Shown here in pieces: positions 32,033 to 35,046 of a DNA stretch of 35,046 nt. The DNA comes from Diploschistes diacapsis (taxonomy: Eukaryota): contig JALAIB010000079.1 in the NCBI GenBank assembly GCA_023645945.1, positions 1-35,046 of the forward strand, in the 5' to 3' direction. Within the stretch, counting starts at the first letter, position 1, and every line of letters starts with the position of its first letter. The notes under the pieces were generated by a model that saw nothing but the letters and a program-made list of their open reading frames with translations, was not told the DNA's origin and did not search any database. Made by a program: the position numbers and the translations under genes.

Positions 32033-33958
32033 TTACCAAGAAAAGCTTTCTTCCAGCAAGTCTATATTGGCGCTGCTCTGCATCCTCCTTACACATCTCC
32101 TGACATCATCTGTGAGCTCTCCAGGCCCGCATACCGAGACAGCCATTGCACCTACTTGGTTCTGGCATTCCATCTGAATGAGGTTATCAACATTGGGTCG
32201 GCCAGGGAACATCTGCACGGTCGCGCTTGGGCTGAGAATCCTGTTCGCACTTTGCGGCTTTGTCACAAACAATTGTATGCGGAGCACATCCCGCCGGCGC
32301 TCCAGAGCCAGAATACTTGCCATCCACGGTCTGACCCATTCCAAGGCCTCTGGCGATCTGATGACCCATACCAGTGAGATTCTGCGCGCAGCCACGGTTC
32401 CATCGACCTGGCCCGCAAGAAGATCGCGGATGTAAGGGATTTGATGGGTGATGCCCACACCTCCCGCGAAGAGCACCACCGTGCCGTATGAATGCAACGT
32501 GTGCTGGCCCCCGTAAGGTCCCTCGACGAAAGCGCTTGTGACGAATCGACCGTTCGATGATGCTGCTGCCTTTTTGAAGAGCTCTTGTGTGAAGCCATCA
32601 CGCCTTCTGACGATGGCCGTCATGGAAAGCTTGGCAGCACCTGGAACGTTCGCTCGTCCCGTGGTAGCCGTTTTCTCGATATCTTCGGCAACGAGCATTC
32701 CTTTCTCGGGATCTTCCGAAGCTGGCTCGTCGTCCGCCGACCAGGCGAGGGAGAAGGGGTGGGCGGTCCAGAGCCCAACGGATGGCACGGTGATGAATGC
32801 GTGCTGACCTGGCTTGAAAGTCCATGGGCGCGCCAGCTGGAGATGAACCTTGACGGCGTCTCCTGGCAGCGGCTCTATGATGGCTCGGGTGCCCCCAGCG
32901 CCAACGTTTCTGTAAGCGAGCCTAAGAAGACGGGCAGCTCGCTGTGCACGATCGGTCAGTTTTTGAAACAGGAGCAGAAGGATGCCACGACCTTACCTCC
33001 GCAACCCAGAGGGCAATGAAAACCTGGATGTAGACTTGCTGGGGGAGCCCATCGAGGTGGTACCAGAGCGCGACCAAGGCGACGATGACGAGGCAGATGT
33101 GGAAATGCAAGAAGAACTCGTAGAACGCTCTGCGAACAACGGTGGAGGCTTGCAGAACAATCGTAACGAGGGCAACGACGGCCTAGATTCATTAACTTTG
33201 CCGACCTTCTTTTGCCGAGCCCTCTGTGCACTTACAATTAGCCCGGTCGTGGATTCGGCGCCCGACCGAAAGCCCTCGGCGAGGCCGCCCCATCCTCCGC
33301 CGAAGTTGACGCTCTTGATACACTGGCAGACGGCGTGAGTCACTGCCTCGGCAGCAACGATTCGTCCGAACCAACGGTGAAGCATGTTGAAGCTATCGTA
33401 GGACAGATTCAGGGTAGCGATCAAGGGATTGTTTCGACCGGCCATGATGACGAGTGGGATCGTGTTGACGACCGCCATGGTTCCGGTGCGATTGCGAAGA
33501 TGGGTCAACATCTCCAGACTTCCCGACCGATCCCACTCGATCCCCAGCACGCATAATGCCACGTTCATGGCAATGACGGCGGTAATGAAGAGGCTCTGGA
33601 AGCGAGTTGGGAGCACCCCGATCGACCATCCTTTGACGAGCCACAGCTCCCGATGGTGCCTGGTGCGGAAGAGAGGAGCATAGACGAGATGTTCTTTGAC
33701 GGACGCGAACCATTGGACAGGGTGCTTGAAATAGATCTGCTTTTCGTTGTTCATGCAAGTGAGTGTGCGTGCGTGCCTCACCGCCGTGAGGATGAGTCTG
33801 TACAGCGTGAAAGCGGCGATGAAGGACGCAAGCGAGACTAGGAGGTAAGTGGCGAACAGTATGTTATCGACATCGGCGGCGGCAGCTGCGGTGGTTGGAG
33901 ACAAAGCTCCACTGCTCTCGCTTCCCTTTGAGGCCTCCATGGCAAGAGCGAGTCCCAA
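32033..33958 (-). CDS. Ferric/cupric-chelate reductase transmembrane component (FRE family)
   Basis: Motifs: AGRNN; heme histidines in FNMLHRWFGR...VTH and FLHFH...LWYH; FAD site AHPFS; VEGPYG; NADPH site FAGGVGITH; VCGPG; terminal EESFSW. Introns at 33235-33183 and 32996-32942. Confidence 0.95.
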
Positions 33959-34182
33959 GGAGCGGAGGCTTGTAGGCCAAGGCTCGAGCGATTGGTTGGA
34001 CTGGGATGGAGGAAAGCTTGGCTACAGACGGCGTGTAGGTTCAGAACGAGAAAAAAAAAAGCATAAAGAGATTGAGTGTCGATCAGAGTAGATGGCGCTG
34101 GGCTTGCATGGTCCGGAAAGAATATGAAGGAGGTGAAAGATGCGAGAGAAACTTGGGCAATTGAACCTCCTGACTGGTGTCC

Positions 34183-34188
34183 TTTATA
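34183..34188 (-). promoter_or_regulatory. TATA box candidate of the ferric reductase gene
   Basis: TATAAA on the minus strand about 225 bp upstream of the ATG, followed by a pyrimidine-rich leader. Confidence 0.45.
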
Positions 34189-34553
34189 AGTGTGGAATAG
34201 AAAAGCTGTCAAGCTCTAGCCATTGACGCTAACCTGGGTTCAGAAAGCTGCGAGCGCTATCAAGGCGTGCTGGACCGACGGGTTGTGATGGAAGCATGTG
34301 GTCAAGTAGGAACGATGGCAGGAAGGGAATGGAGCGGACCCAGCCATGGACGTCGCTGTGAAGGAAAGGGAAGGAGACGGTTATGACCAAGCACTTCCAG
34401 GGGGAGAGTGTCGACGAGCACTCGAACAAGGAGACGAGGGACGGCCCAAGGATTCAGAGCCCAGGCTTAGGACAAATCAAGGGATAGAATCAATCGGTGT
34501 TTGCATTGATTGGGGATGAGTGGCAACGTCTGAGTCAAATGGCCGGGCATCCA

Positions 34554-34562
34554 TTATCAGAT
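34554..34562 (-). promoter_or_regulatory. SreA/Fep1/Urbs1-type iron-responsive GATA site ATCTGATAA
   Basis: Plus-strand TTATCAGAT is ATCTGATAA on the minus strand, an exact match to the ATCWGATAA consensus. A second CTGATAA sits at 34590-34596. Both are about 600 bp upstream of a ferric reductase. Confidence 0.65.
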
Positions 34563-34861
34563 GGTAAGCTAGTGATGACTATGAAATTACTGATAAAGAG
34601 TTGGAGGCCGTGGCAGGGCCGAGATCCTCCCGTACCAGTCCCTGGCCGTCCTGGGTGGAACGGGGATAATGTTTTCATTACCAAGGACGAGAGATCGAGA
34701 CTGGAGATGATGATGATGATCCATGGTGGCAGAAGTGGTGGTAACAGGAGTATCTGCCCGGATACAGGAGTGTAGCTGGTACCTCGTGCTAGCAGCAGTG
34801 GTGGTAGAATAGGAGCGATAAGAAGGAGAAAAATAGAAAAGGCTGTCAAGTGCGCGGTAGC

Positions 34862-34905
34862 AGGTACAGGTGTAGGTACAGGTGTAGGTACAGGTATAGG
34901 TACAG
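34862..34905. repeat. Minisatellite (AGGTACAGGTGT)n built from 6-bp subunits
   Basis: aggtacaggtgt aggtacaggtgt aggtacaggtat aggtacag. Confidence 0.9.
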
Positions 34906-34968
34906 ATAGACGTATCACTCACACCGTACCACCGGGCAAAGCAAAAACTGTATTTGTCAGAGCTGATG

Positions 34969-34970
<2 letters not shown>

Positions 34971-35028
<58 letters not shown>

Positions 35029-35046
35029 CCCCTCTCTCCCTCTCTC
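34971..35046. repeat. (CT)n microsatellite running to the window end
   Basis: More than 25 perfect TC units, then a degenerate C/T tail. Confidence 0.97.

Noticed and set aside
34535..34922. Minus-strand ORFs with PVPTPVPT or CTYTCTYT repeats
   Set aside because: They are translations of the minisatellite and (GAT)n in a promoter region and start at non-ATG codons.

Overview
Gene-dense, intron-containing genomic DNA from a filamentous ascomycete (Pezizomycotina-type short introns with CTRAY branch points; a finer taxon cannot be read from the sequence). From left to right: a decayed FAD-dependent monooxygenase pseudogene, an RmlD/MAT2B-like NAD(P)-binding protein, a long-chain acyl-CoA ligase, a secreted PI-PLC-like phosphodiesterase, a Raf1/DIM-9-like WD40 DCAF, a WW-domain protein with a prion-like tail, a large coiled-coil protein, an AT-rich spacer, an F-box-like protein, a compact BRX1-RVB2-LIN1-UFD1 housekeeping block, a 992-aa uncharacterised protein and a ferric reductase. 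The window ends in simple repeats. I found no tRNA, rRNA, CRISPR array, intact transposon or secondary-metabolite backbone gene, and no clear new multi-gene system. The most interesting points are: (1) a DCAF that combines a SIM, an AT-hook, an H-box and a WDxR motif; (2) a WW protein with Rnq1-like amphipathic elements in a Q/N/G/Y-rich region; (3) an exact SreA-type ATCTGATAA site upstream of the ferric reductase; (4) a FarA-type CCGAGG site plus a PTS1-like tail on the acyl-CoA ligase; (5) a GC-AG intron in BRX1; and (6) a possible microexon-spliced N-terminal extension of UFD1. All gene models and family calls are by eye and from recalled motifs, with no database searches.
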